DNA of 64,000 bases from Trichoplax adhaerens (taxonomy: Eukaryota > Animalia > Placozoa). Shown piece by piece: positions 39,501 to 53,200 of the stretch. A program made the position numbers and the translations under genes. A model generated the notes under the pieces. It was not told the origin of the DNA. It ran no database searches and saw nothing but the letters and a program-made list of their open reading frames with translations. The stretch is taken from contig NW_002060946.1 of the NCBI RefSeq assembly GCF_000150275.1, positions 1,388,202 through 1,452,201 of the forward strand, written 5' to 3'. Numbering within the stretch: position 1 is the stretch's first letter; each line of letters starts with the position of its first letter.

Positions 39501-42500
39501 AATACTTTCCATCCTTCTTACCATCTACCTGCTTCTCTTGTGATTCTGGCTGAAATAAAGCTACTTGTGTCTTAGGTTGTCTTTTCCTGATATGTGTAGC
39601 TAGTTTTATTGGTGGTCTACGCTCAATTTTCAATTTTGCAGCATTTTCTTCCTTGCCTGATGATTTTGTCGCAGACTTTTCTAAAGTAGCAACTGCTTTC
39701 TTTATTTTTACGATATCTTTATAATTTTTGTTACGATCATCAGACGATTGTCGATCATCGAAATTTGATGACGAGGAACGAATTGGCTGATCTTCTAGTT
39801 CACTGCTCTCATCACCGCTCTTAAAATTAGATTTAAAATTAAACATGACACTCCGAGATTCTAATTTTTTCCCTTCTATACTTTTTAGTGGATGTTCCTT
39901 TAGGATTACAGGTAATCGATCAATGAGCTTGGTAACCGTAGCAGCTTCTTCTCTTATCTTATGCCTATTTTTGACGGCCGTCAAATGTAAATGTTTCGAT
40001 GTCTCTATCGCTAAATCATTTTGTTTCTGTTTGTAATTAAACTTTCTTCTTTTCGATCGTTTACGTCCTTTCTTATGAAGCAATTCTTCTTCAGCAGCAG
40101 CGGCATTTTTAAGTAGTTTATTATATATATTCCAAATTGTCATTTTAAATCCACGAGATGAAATGTTCACAGGATCTTTTTCTACGCCTCTTTTATGATA
40201 GGATCGACCTACACTGATAGCACTTTCAGTTGCTGCTTTATTTGCTACACTTATTGCTGTACTAGGGGCTGTACTTGTGACTGATTTAGCTTCGTCATTA
40301 CTATCACTGGAGTTTCCATCTAAGCTACCAGTGAGAGATATTCTACGTGCAATTAGTCGTTGTCGTTGTTTTAGCAATTTCATAAATTTACGACTTATAC
40401 CGGGTTGATTTTTAGTCCGACGAATAATTTTCTTCTTATTAGGTCGTCGAAAATGTCGTATTTTCCTAATGTCAGCTAAAAGTATCTCTTCAGCTGTCGT
40501 TATCTTACGCCTACCACAACTACATGGACACACATGATTATCAGCTAATTCTTTCTCTAACCACTGCTTTTGGTGATCATATCGGCGTCGTCTATATTCA
40601 TAATTTTGCATAAAATTGGAGCTGAGGCGTTCTACTTTATCGGCAGCTTTACTATAAAGCAAAGTGTTACAATTGTTTAAATCGTATCTTTCCCCCGAGC
40701 TATGACCAGAATCAATATCATCTTTTTGGTTTAAATCTTGATTTTGATCCATATAGACATTTTTAGAGAATTCTTCTTCAACGTATTTTTTCAAGTATTC
40801 AGTATTTTCTATGATTGCTGATAAGCTAATATTAACATCAGTCATGTCCTAGAGAAGTATTATTGAACTCTTATAATGAAAATATTTAATCTATAAATTT
40901 TTCAGTTGTCAAAATATTTGATACTTCAAGATTCCTTACTAGTAAAATAATAATGTACCGTAGCTTATCGCTTTTCTTTGAATGATACTTATACTTACAT
41001 CAAATTTGAGTTTATTAATTTTAACAGCCTGTCTGTTCTGAACAGAAAAATCATCTTGAAGTGGCGATTGCTTATCGTCAGTTGTTGAGTATAGATCCTA
41101 TATCATAAGAATTTTTCTAAGTTTCAACTAAGCTACTATAAATTAATCAATTGAAACTGTTAAATTGATATTAGCTAATTCCTCGAAGTTAAGATAGACA
41201 GTAGCATTTTTTATTGTAAGGATTTAAAAATAGAGAAAAGTGATCATCTTTGTGGATTTTTTCACTAATGGAGGTGGTTTATATGATATAGCATTGAACT
41301 TCACCTTAACGTTAGTGTTGTCCCTTTCGCGAGATTGACAATACTTGCAAAGTCCTTTTGGCTAAGATTAAAAATAATGGCCCAGCATTAGATTTACTAT
41401 TTTTATCTTTACACATTCGATACAGTCTTTATTACTTCAAAGCTATTTCATTATTTCGTATCCGTTACTCTATTCTATATATCTATGTATAATTAAAATC
41501 AATGTATGAGCATAAACATACAATATCTAACTTACGTGTATTTTCCTATCACGAACATCTGAAGACGATCTCAGTCTCTTCATATATGGTGGTGCTTGGA
41601 TCATATTGAAATATTGTGAATATACTTGATTTGATTCGTTTTGCTATGGTCGAACATAGTAAAGGTTAAATAAATTAATTATCTAAATGGCACCGAAGGA
41701 TATTATGGAGATTTCATTCTACGAGAAGTTGAATTAATTTTTGTAAAGTTAAAATTCTTACTCTAATTTGCAGTTATTGCAAACTGCATCTTGTAAATGT
41801 ACGGTAATCTTACCAGGAAAGCATGTTGTCCTTGTAATGAAGGTAGTTTATGCTTAAGTATTTGTAAGTAATACTTTTCACGCCAAAACCGAATGTTTTC
41901 GTAGAGATTTCTAACATTTCTGTTTTCATTTCTAGGGCTGTCATTATTAACAGACTGTTGTTCTAAATTATAATGTAGGTAATAGTTAGAATTGCGCAAC
42001 ACACACTACTTTACTTTTATTAAGAATATCGTGTATTTCTTACTATCGTGAAAAAATCAAAGCTACATGCTCAGTCAAACAGTACAAGAGTCCCTATATC
42101 AACGGCAGTCTACTATAAAGTTTTCTTTTAGACCATTCAATCTTGTTACGGATAACTGTCATCGTTGGTGCTGAATTTTATTTCAGATCACGTAGGTCTC
42201 AATACTAATATCTATGTTTAAGTACGGCGTATTTAAATATAAATATACTATTCTTAATAATTTCGACCTTAAAAATCTTTTCAAGCGCTCAGATGAGTAT
42301 CTGCTCGAGCGTTTGAAAGCTTACTACTGTACTTCAAAGTTAACGTACTATGTTCTGTATAGGTATATTTCAGAATTGATGAAATAATTATTCAATTTGA
42401 TGCAGTAGCTAGTGAATAATAGTTTTAACATAAAAAAATCTCTCTTTACCTTAATTGTTCTTGTACAATCAACTAGGGTTTTAATTTATGTTACCAAATC

Positions 42501-43542
42501 TAGTATTTACCGTACTTTCTCGAGCATAGAACTGATTTATTAGATGATATTGCAGCGAAAGTATTCGCTTCCAATAAAAAGTATTTATTTAGTACTATAC
42601 AGTACGGTTGTTAGTAAATAATTATTCTTAAATTTAGATCATTCTATTACTTTGATACACACTAAGTGAATAAAGCACTCTCAGTTATGCCAATAGGTCT
42701 AGCTTTGAAAAGTTTGAATGCTTAACTGTTCCTATTAAGCTAGAATGCCCTCGTGTGTACGAGTATTTCGATCATGGATAGAGTCAATCTTTTTCGTCCT
42801 TTTATCAAATGTATCCGTTTTATAGCGGTTTAGATATAAACACATCAGTAAGCAGGATGTCTCTAAATACTACTATGTAAGTAAATTGCGTTGAAAACGA
42901 CCCATAAATTATAATTTAAAAATCCAGTATTGCTATGATTAGTCAATTCATCCATTTAGTTAATTTAATACGATGCATTTCAAATTTATAAAGCCGTATC
43001 TTAGCAACCGCATGGGAATAACTGGATAGCAAAATGATAAAATGTAGGGTAATAGCTGAATTGAAATGGCCGTAATATGAGTAAATAAAATGATTAACAA
43101 ATATTGAGTAATTCAACTTTAAAGTACTTCATGTCCAATATCAAATCTAAATACCAAGTTAAACTAGCTAATAAGTAAATATTAATATGAATCATTTTTC
43201 AGAATAAGAAAACACTTGCCATGAATGTTTGGAAATTTTGCTGATGTTAATGTTATTGGTGGATTGCGATCTCGTGCATCTGTAGCTTAAAATAGTATAT
43301 CAAATATTGAAGTGAGAGATGAGAGACAATTATTGAATCTGTATTATAATGTGAAATTTAAGCCCTGTGAAAGGTACAACACTTCAAACCATTACTTAAT
43401 TACCGTTGATTCTTGGGAATGTAGTCAGTGTAGGAGATGGAGGAGAACTTTGAAAACGGATATGTTCACTTGACTTAGAAGGCAGTGGAGGTAGTTTAAC
43501 ATTTATGTCCTCACGCTTGCTACGATATAATGTTTGGTGCAT
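33557..43542 (-). CDS. Large (~1,900 aa) uncharacterised protein: long charged, Ser-rich low-complexity region plus C-terminal EF-hand-like domain
   Basis: About 20 exons chain in consistent phase: 43542-43404, 43285-43220, ~41962-41813, ~41644-41536, ~41361-41305, ~41097-40999, ~40848-39255, ~38717-37686, ~37470-36689, then small exons down to 33557. C-terminal exons give AFALHDRDEDGYIAAE, EIDFKLFCVCAALVERV, YYIPADTLRIELKAGGL and ISFINYAAYLPLFF (helix-loop-helix-like). The 5' exons are less certain. Confidence 0.72.
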
Positions 43543-46266
43543 TATGTCCGATCTAACTTAATTTCAAAGGTTAATAACGTAAGAGCATTCTTATTTTTCG
43601 AGAAAATTGAAAGTTTGAACGAATTCCAAGTGGGCAAAATAATAACATAACAAAGTTTCTTCCTATTTTATGTAGTTAAAATTTCACTGTACTTACATTA
43701 TATGTAGTAGCCCTTAAGTTATCAGGCTAGAATTGCAATAGTTACCATATCGTTTTTAAGAAATATTTGAGATTAATTTCTTAACAATGACCTTTAACAA
43801 ATCGGAGTTTAGATATCCTAGCAATCACGCCAAAACATTGACAAGCTAGAAACGGTATCATACCTGATAAAAATCAGTTCCAAAATTGCCACTATCGATA
43901 ATTATGGGTAAAACTTATAACTGTAGTTACGATACTAATTTTCGTTTCATCTCCTAAGTAGTATCTTTATATTGATCCAAGAAATGCTAATGTCGTGGTA
44001 ATAAATGGTAGGAAACTTTATTGGTATTCTACGTCAAAACAACAGCGCACAAAGCCATATTCTGCATTGTTTGAGGACTATGGGCAAAAATCATACGAAT
44101 TATTAATATCTATTGTTGAAGAGTACAATTATTTCTGTTCTGTCCACCTGCGATTTGAATGTAATAATGTGTGGAGACTAGTTATTAAGAAAGGTATAAA
44201 ACAATTTTGTATAACAAAATTAAATAAACTAATTCATTTTCTATGAGGGTGTTTAGAAGAATTGATAGTAGTGGTTATAGATTATATAGCGTAGTAATTA
44301 TTATGCTTGCATCGATAACTTTTATCGCGATTATTGTCGTATATTAATATAAGGAAATGACGCTGGGATGGCTTGATTAATGCTATAATATGATGATGTA
44401 ATTACAAGCACATGATACATAGACAGAATCGCAAAGCTTTATATTACCAAATGACTAATTGATTACCGTGGTATACATGTACATTATTGATTTCTGACTC
44501 TAGGCAACAAAGTAAATCTATTGAATATAATTTTAAGGATAAATTGTTCGCTTAGCTACTATTGTTAGAACGTACCGTGATGACAATAGGTATTCACTAA
44601 AAATGTTTTTAATTTAATACCGACAACAGTAATCACGCTAATATCGCAATTGTGCAGCACTTAGTGAATCTCATTGTTATTAGTTAACGGAAAAGATTTT
44701 ATTTTTAGTTGTGCGCAAAGTACATTTAATTGTATAGTCTTACTGGCTGATTGTATTAACGCATCCCTTTATCGTTCTACTAACACCTATACTTGTATAG
44801 TCTATTAATATAACGATTAAAAGCTAAATACTCAATACCATCATGGATAAAAATAATATCAGGATGAAATTTCATGGCATATTCATTGACAAATTTAGGG
44901 CTACTTTGATCAATGTTTTGAAGACGTTCAATTTCGTCAAGCCTTAAGAGGCTATTCAGAGGATATACGTAAAATAATGTGTTGGTACGAATGCTTACTT
45001 TCATTACGTATTCATTTCAAGCGCCTGCAGATCAATACATACCGTAAATATTTTTGACTGTAGAATGTTATTACGCTTGACCTGTAATGGTGGGACCGAT
45101 GTCTTGATATAGTATATGTATAATTATCGTGGCCGAAAGGGGCTAGTAACGAAACATGTTTGTATTTACGAACGAGTCTATTATGAAATTAAGTCAATTA
45201 GGATGGAAATGTTATTAATTGCTCGTATCTAGTACTTGTCAATGCAAACTGATTTGTTCGGTGATAGCGATGTTCGCTTTAAGTATTTGTAATTTTTTTT
45301 ATAACTATTATAAGGTCGTTAAGAATGAGTAATTCCTATGCTACTTTTGAGATAGTTGTATCATTAAAATGTCTGTAGTGTTTTTAATGCTTTAATTGAT
45401 GACTTTGTCTGTTGTCTACGAGTAAAGTCATATCCAAGAGACACCTGAGATATGCAAATATACATACTGTACTTGATTCTAATATAGCAACGAATACGTC
45501 TATGCGTACATGTAGTAACTTACTATAGGGGAGTTTTTGATACTCGTACGTATTATGGCATTTTAGATGTTCTGCTCATAAGTTTGTGTTATTGATCGAG
45601 TAAAGCCGCAGCAAGAATAAGTATACCTATATTAGTAAACTTTTACCGCATTTATTTCTTGAAAATGAGGGAAATTATGACGCGATATTATTGCCACTTT
45701 AGAGTTTACGTGTAGTGGCCTCAATATTTGGTAATATTACATAACGTTGCCTACAACAACAATCATGTTTGAGTTGGGTCATCGAGTGACAAAATAGGCT
45801 ATTAGTAAGAACCATTTTTAATTTCGATATTTATCTTCAGCTTGGCTATCTGTTTGATTTTGTTATAAGAATGTCTTCTCTTGAAAGTTCCAGTCTAGAT
45901 CGTATATTCTAGCAGGGTACGATGTTGGCTATTGGAATTTTCTTTGAATGATGACCTTAGCTGTATCGTCTATGTTCTCGTTATAGTCTGTTTTGAAAAG
46001 CTGCTGCATGACCGTATGGTCTGACCATACTGTCCAGTACTGTATGCTAGAATTTCTTTCAAATTTGTTGCCTGTAGGAAGACTGCAGCTGGCTAGAACA
46101 TTAGCCGCTATTAACACGAGCACCGTATCGATTTAAAATTACGTAATACGAGATTGCTAAAGTACTCTTTGCTCTGGAGACATTAAACCCTTGAATTCAT
46201 CAAGCCCCGGTTCTCCATCCAATTCCATTGTTGATTTACTGCTTATGTTGCATATTATACATTGCT

Positions 46267-46683
46267 CAATGACGCATTTAGTCCAATCAACCATTACTAT
46301 GAATGCATGCCATCTTACAGCATTGCTTAGCATTAATTTTGTCATGCAGATGCAATCCAGCTGCGATAGACCAAAGCTCCTTCTGCAGTGAGCTGCGATG
46401 GCCTAAGACCGCCAGTTCACCTTAGCATCCCTGCTTGAATCTTTATCAACCGCAATAATAAGACAGATGGTCTACAATGACGCATTTAGTCCAATCAACC
46501 ATTGCTATGAATGCATGCCATCTTACAGCATTGCTTAGCATTAATTTTGTCATGCAGATGCAATCCAGCTGAAATAGATCAAAGCTCCTTCTGCAGTGAG
46601 CTGCGATGGCCTAAGACCGCCAGTTCACCTTAGCATCCCTTGTTGAGTCTTTATCAACCGCAATAATAAGACAGATGGTCTAC
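46267..46683. repeat. Tandem duplication, 208-bp unit x2
   Basis: CAATGACGCATTTAGTCCAATCAACC...GACAGATGGTCTAC begins at 46267 and again at 46475, with only a handful of substitutions. Confidence 0.92.
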
Positions 46684-46862
46684 CATGGTCTCCAGTACTA
46701 TGACGTAACCATGACACTCGTGTCTAATACACGAGTTCGATTTGGAGTGTATTGACTGTCGATTGTTTTTCCACTGTCCTCCTGACAGGTGAAAGAAAAA
46801 AAAAATGCATGTTTGACTGGCAGTATTGTGCGCGGTACAGCACTGCGAATGCTGTACTGTAC

Positions 46863-47131
46863 CTAGACCTGTTTGGCGTGCTTGTGCCAGCTGACGCTTG
46901 TGGTTTACAAAGTGACCCTAGGTTTGCCTCTGACTTTACTACGGGTGACGGTGTGGACTTGAGCCTCTTTAGTGTGAGCTGCATGTATAGTACGATCTAG
47001 ACCTGTTTGGCGTGCTTGTGCCAGCTGACGCTAGTGGTTTACAAAGTGACCCTAGGTTTGCCTCTGACTTTACTACGGGTGACGGTGTTGACTTGAGCCT
47101 CTTTAGTGTGAGCTGCATGTGTAGTACGATC
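46863..47131. repeat. Tandem duplication, 134-bp unit x2
   Basis: CTAGACCTGTTTGGCGTGCTTGTGCC...GTACGAT begins at 46863 and again at 46997, with about three substitutions. Confidence 0.92.
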
Positions 47132-47204
47132 GTCTTATACTACGCGCATAGGCTAAGTCAGTGCAGGCGTTTTCTAACCTAACGTATATGCTGATTAGCA
47201 CTGT

Positions 47205-50200
47205 ATGATACAGTATACTATGACAATGACGTCCGTGTTACCGACGTACTGTAACGACATGGGTAGGACACCAACCCCCATCATAACCCCCCCCCCCATA
47301 GACCCCGGTGGAACGGCACGGCACAGTCTCGACATCAATGGAATTGAATTCAATATGGCCAACGATGAGAATGATGTTAATCAATTGATATTCGATTTCG
47401 ATGAAACTTTATTAACCAATAGCTTAACGGATAGTTCTAGCGCAAGTTTAAGTGTTAAAGATTGTGAATCAACTTTGCTCTATCATCACGACGATGATGA
47501 TAGCGAATTAAGTGAAGAAGATGAAGACGATGAACAACAGTGGCGCTTGGATAACATTGGTTCAATTTCCGGTGAACTAAGTAGTAGTCATAACGCTGCT
47601 ACCAATAGTTTCAATCAAAAAGTCTCCATTGTCGATAGTTTACTATGTGAAATTTATAACAAGAAAGTTGGCCAAGGAGATGATCTAAATGGTCGTGATA
47701 GTTTATTAGCCAGCCATTCTGATCATGTTCGTGTAGGAAGAACAACTTCATTCCTTGGAGACGCTAAATTGACCGAAGAAATTTTAAAAACTAAAGGTAA
47801 GCCAACAACAATACGTCAATAAACTCCAACAGCGATCATACAGTCTATACGATCTGATTCTTCTGCCATGTCTTGACTTCCATTGGGATATTTGGCTTGG
47901 ATCAATGTTGAAAATTCACTAGTAGATGATGTGTACTTTACAACTAAATAGATGGGACATACTGTACAATTCGTCAACTAGTCGCATATGTGATGATAGC
48001 TAGAAATAACTGGGCCTCCACCACAACATACACAATGGACAAGAATCATTTCATATTGAATATCGTATCTAATTCAATTTGACATAAAGAAGTGGAAGTT
48101 TAAACATGAGTCTGTCAAGAATTACTCTTTTTATTTTTACTATATACTATTAGGGAGGGAAAGGAGTTGTTTCTATTATTATAATTGCACATTGTGATAA
48201 CATAACTTCATCACCAAGGAAATCAAGTCATGGTACTAGAAAGTTTCCCAATCTCATCCAATAGACCGTAAGATCATCATCAACTTCATCAATACTGTAT
48301 ACTACAATAATTTACCAAAGCAGTTTGGATAGTTAAATACTTACAAACAACTAGCTTATGGAATACAAAATTTGCTACTGTAGAATAAGGACCTAATACG
48401 AGTCGTTGAACTGTACAAAGAATTGAATTTATTGTGGCCCATTCCCAAGTTTATTGGCAAGGTTGAAAATATCCATTTTTCACCTCTCTACTGTATAATA
48501 AAGCAGAATGTCTTCCAATTGAATAGATTTCAGGATTGATGAATCTTATGTCATGCTGTACGATTTTGATCGTATAGTGTATGTGTAAATATGTTAGGAT
48601 TGATTTATCTTCCTTAGCGGCCAAATCACTTAAATGGCTTTCACACAACATCCGGTTGTATCTTTGAAATTCATTTTTTGCCATACCATTCGCTTAGGTA
48701 TTCAAGTATTACAAGCGACGGTGAAAGAGTTACAAGCAAGAACTACTCAGATATCTTCTCGGCTAATTAAAGAATTGAAAAGACGCGATCGTCGAAAAAC
48801 TCGACTGAACTTAAATTGCGATCTATTAACTGCGATTATTCAAGCGTGTTCTCTTAAAAGGCGTAAGTAAATCGAGGATATTCTGACGATATGATTATTG
48901 CGGCACAGTCTTAGTTTATCTATTTAGAATACATTTTAATTAGTATTTCGAAAATGATGATCTGTACGTATGTTGAGAAAGATTATATTATTCTTCGTTT
49001 GGAAAGTACAACTTATGTTATTGGTGTAGTTTAGAGCTAGAAGTTTGAAGGAGTAGCTATCAATCGCTTCTTAGCTTCTCTCGTGATATATTTTCAATTT
49101 ACGACGCATTTAGAGATGCTGACATGTACTAACGTTGTGTCCATGTCTATTCTTAACATCTTGATCGTATTGATTGTTTGTTGACATGCATCAGCCAGCG
49201 TACATAATTTATATTGAACAGTTGGCCCTACCCATGAAATCAGCAATACTGCCTGCATGCTTTTAAGAGACATTTCATCTGTCTATTTCCACTATATTCA
49301 ATGTTTGATACTATATGCAATTAAGGTGATACAGTTACATACAATCTGATGGGTTTTAAGTATTTAGAATAGATTCCCTTAGTCATTGTCATAGTTTACT
49401 TAATTATTCATTCAGTTTTATGCTTCATAAAATCGCTCGCTATGTGATTAGCCGTAATATAAGACGGAATAGAACGGATGAGAATTTGATGAAATTGTCC
49501 ATCATACTGCTGGATTCGAAAGATTACATAACTGATTTAAAATGATCTACTAATGGTACAAGATAAATTATTTTCTCTTGGGCTTAAATGTTTTTGTTTT
49601 GACTCTTTTGGCGAAGTGAAATAGGCAAAGTTCTATTATGTAGTGTTTTCGTTTTTACCTTAATTTATTTGAATTCCTGACAAGTCATGACGTAAATCTA
49701 ATTAGATTCCTTTCCGTAAATGAAATATCTTGAGCTAATCAAGTCTTGTCGTTAATAACGTTATATCAATAATAAATTTATGCAAGTCTTACCGTTAACC
49801 CTTGCTAAGCGATCAAGGGCTAACTTTAATTTGATATTTCGATCGATAGGCATTAGTGACTATTGATTAGACCAAAAATCATTCAATGGAGCCAGTTTGT
49901 ATGATATCAAAATTCATCAACTAGGCGTTCTGCTTAGATATCCGTCATGTTTATCCACATAAGCCTTTCATAATATTATTATAACGATCCCTTGTGATTT
50001 GGGTACAACATCGTGCATAAATTGCGATAGAAATTTAAATTACGGACGCGTAAATATTGCACGTTAACAAAAGTGAAAAGTCCTATGTACAGTTATGTAC
50101 ATTTTACATTAAAATCTTTCTTGTGACTTGTACAACGTAGTAATACAGCCTCGTAAATAAAGTAAGGCAATCGATTTTGGGATGCCAGATTGCAAGTCTG

Positions 50201-53200
50201 TAAATACATCATGATAACGTTAATTTATTAGCCCTAATTAATCTCGAACATATACTAAATACTATCGTAACATAGATCCGAACCCAACGTGATAAAACTT
50301 TTCTTTGCAGGTAATCGACTCATGTCTTGTCGATATCCGGCATAAAAATACCAATGAACAGCTGATCAATTCAAGTTTATCATGTGATAGTAATCTACTG
50401 TATGACTAATAGATTTTATCTTGTTGTAATGAGACTAATAATTTCAGCTAGCATCAGCAGTTTTATAGCACAATTTAAGACTGTAAGGCATTTAAAGTTG
50501 TTGGTTACTTTAAAAATCAGAATAATTTCATTTTCAAGGTATGCTATGACCTGATTTCGTACTGTTTGAAGTGGTAATCATAATTACTCATTGTAGCATA
50601 TGATAAGCATGTAAAGTAATTCACTCACATGCACAATATACCACGAAACAATATGCTTTAGGTCATTAGCTAATTTCATCAAAATCGTCTTGCTCTCGAA
50701 ATTGCCGCCATTTAATATTTCAGTGCTAAAAATTTTTTACTTGTCTTTTTGTAGAGAGTGCAGAGTACACATTTCTTACTTATCGATTAATTTATGCAGC
50801 ATCTTATTGAACCATAATGTTATTGGAAAGTTGCAGACATTCTCATACATGTTTAATAGAACTGCTAGATACTGTATGTGAATCTATCAAGTATTAACAT
50901 ACAGTATTTATTGTGCTACAGTATATCGCATTAAAGCACAGAAACTGTGCTACCTTTGACTATCGGCCGTTTGCTAACATTTGGATCGTAGTCTTGGAAT
51001 TTAATACGAAGTGCTTAAGTTATATGTGGTCTTAATAAGAATCTTGTAATATTAACTATACATTGTATAGATATCACACAGGAGGTTAAACGTTTTGACT
51101 TTCCCCGAAAATGAAGGATAAAAGAATAATATAATTTACCCTTCTGTTCCTGAAAATGAGGATAAAAAGAATTAACATAATTACCTATCTTTTCCAGAAA
51201 ATGAAGGATAAAAGACTAACATAATTATACTTGTCTATTCAATGATCAAGATATCATATACGATATAGAAGATAATAACTTAATATTGACATTATTGATG
51301 CAATAAGTGCATGATTTTATACAGGATTTCATCATTGTTTTCGAACAGCATACTGTGAACAGTTAGAGGATTGCACTTTTATCACAGTGTCTCTTTTAGC
51401 ATTATACTGTATAACCTTTTTAGGAATATAAAAGTAAATAGTGCTAAACTAAGAGGTCAATGGTCCCCGAAATGAAGGTTAAGGTCCTTTAGACAATTGA
51501 CGTCACCGTTTATTTGAGATATTGTAGCTATAAATGCCTTGTGTGGGCTTCAATTTACATTCTATCGCTGATAGCCAATCTTATTCCATCGCTTCCTGAA
51601 ATACATTGTCTATCATTAAATGTAAAAAATGGAGAATGCCACCTGTTTACTTTTACCTAAATTTTACAATAAATGCCATGGCGCTATCTATATGTTTAAA
51701 GTGGTGCAAATGTCCTACTTATGTCTTAGTCGTACCAACTTTAAACAGTAATTAAAAATTTGCGCTGTTAGCCAATTATATCGCTATACCCTCTAGGGCC
51801 TACTTATCTTATTACAGTAAGCTACTAATTTGCATGTTATGTGCGGTATATAATGCCTGTTATACAGAGACGACGCAATATTTTGTGTCATATTACTTGG
51901 AGAAATAGTTCAGAATTGATAAAGATTTTATACCTTACATTTCTTACCGTTGCACTTGCATTTGTTAGTATTATACCATTCCGACTTGTACTTTGTGCTT
52001 CATGCCTCTAATACGTAAATTTTCGTTACGACGACGTAAAGGTGAGGATACCCAGTTGAAATTTATACTCAATCCCGCTCGGGGTAAAGATGGCTTTCGA
52101 CAGGTAAATTATCTTTGCAATGCTATTAAATATAGCTTACAAGTCGACTAGCAGTTCTGACTAGAGTTGTTGCGTTATTTTTCCTGTCTAAATTTTATTA
52201 ATTTATTGCTTTACATTTTTTTACTATTCCTGCTTCTATCTTGGAATCTTTGCTGCATCATTGGATCTTTTATGCTTGCGACTTTTACGAAGTGGGTAGA
52301 AAGCTGTAAAGCTCTCGTACGACTGCCTAATAGCATTCCAACAGAGTGGAGAAAAAAGGTATACATTTTAGGATAGAACAATTGGGACTTTGTATGTTGA
52401 TACTCTTTTAAATTTTAATTTCTGTGCATAAAAACATCTTTTTAATCGCCTTACGGTAAATTTTATCGTTAACTACTAGCTTTGGCTTAGATTAGCTGAA
52501 AGCAAACTGACTGGTCATAAATGGGGCCATATAGCAAAATTTGCATTCAATGAAAAGAGCAATCGAGATGATGATAAGCTTGGGCTACAAATTGTGAAGG
52601 TTATTTATTACCTTTCATAGCTTACGTTTGATTTTGGCGATACTGCTATATTCACTGTTTTAATTCTGTGCTATACAATGGTACTAATATGTGATATGAT
52701 ATCCTTCACTCAGGACCTGCATAGAACTGGCTATAGCAAGTTCTGTGATAAAAATAGGCCGGAAAATAGAGCGGCTTTAAAAAGGGTATTACTCGGTTAT
52801 GCACGATGGAACAAAGCTGTTGGCTATTGCCAAGGATTTAATGTCATTGCAGCGCTAATACTAGATGTATTTGAGGGAAATGAGGAACAAGCCTTGAAGG
52901 TAATGAAAAAAAATATCTTGCTGCATTAAATGCTAATTGTATGGTTACAGTGCATACAGTTAATACTTATATAATAAGAAATCTAAGACGATCAAGTTTA
53001 CGCCATTGACATCGCGGTTTGGTAAATTGTTTTCATGTTTCTCGAAAAATATGTCATTGTATATCTTGCTAACATTTCTTGGAACTAAATGTCAATTTTT
53101 CATAAATTCGCTGCCCCTTAGCTTGAGTAAACAAAATAAGTTGTTATACAGTATTATCGATTTATTAAGATTTTATGCAAAACTGCTTTTATTTACTTAC

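Noticed and set aside
43995-45004. Short intergenic ORFs (43995-44246, 44780-45004); likewise 2200-2385, 12059-12262, 14696-14878, 53006-53284, 59737-60012
   Set aside because: Their composition is typical of translated AT-rich non-coding DNA, with no homology or exon structure that I can recognise.
45929-47000. Short ORFs over the duplicated GC-richer region
   Set aside because: No recognisable domains and mostly non-ATG starts. They are explained by lower stop-codon density.
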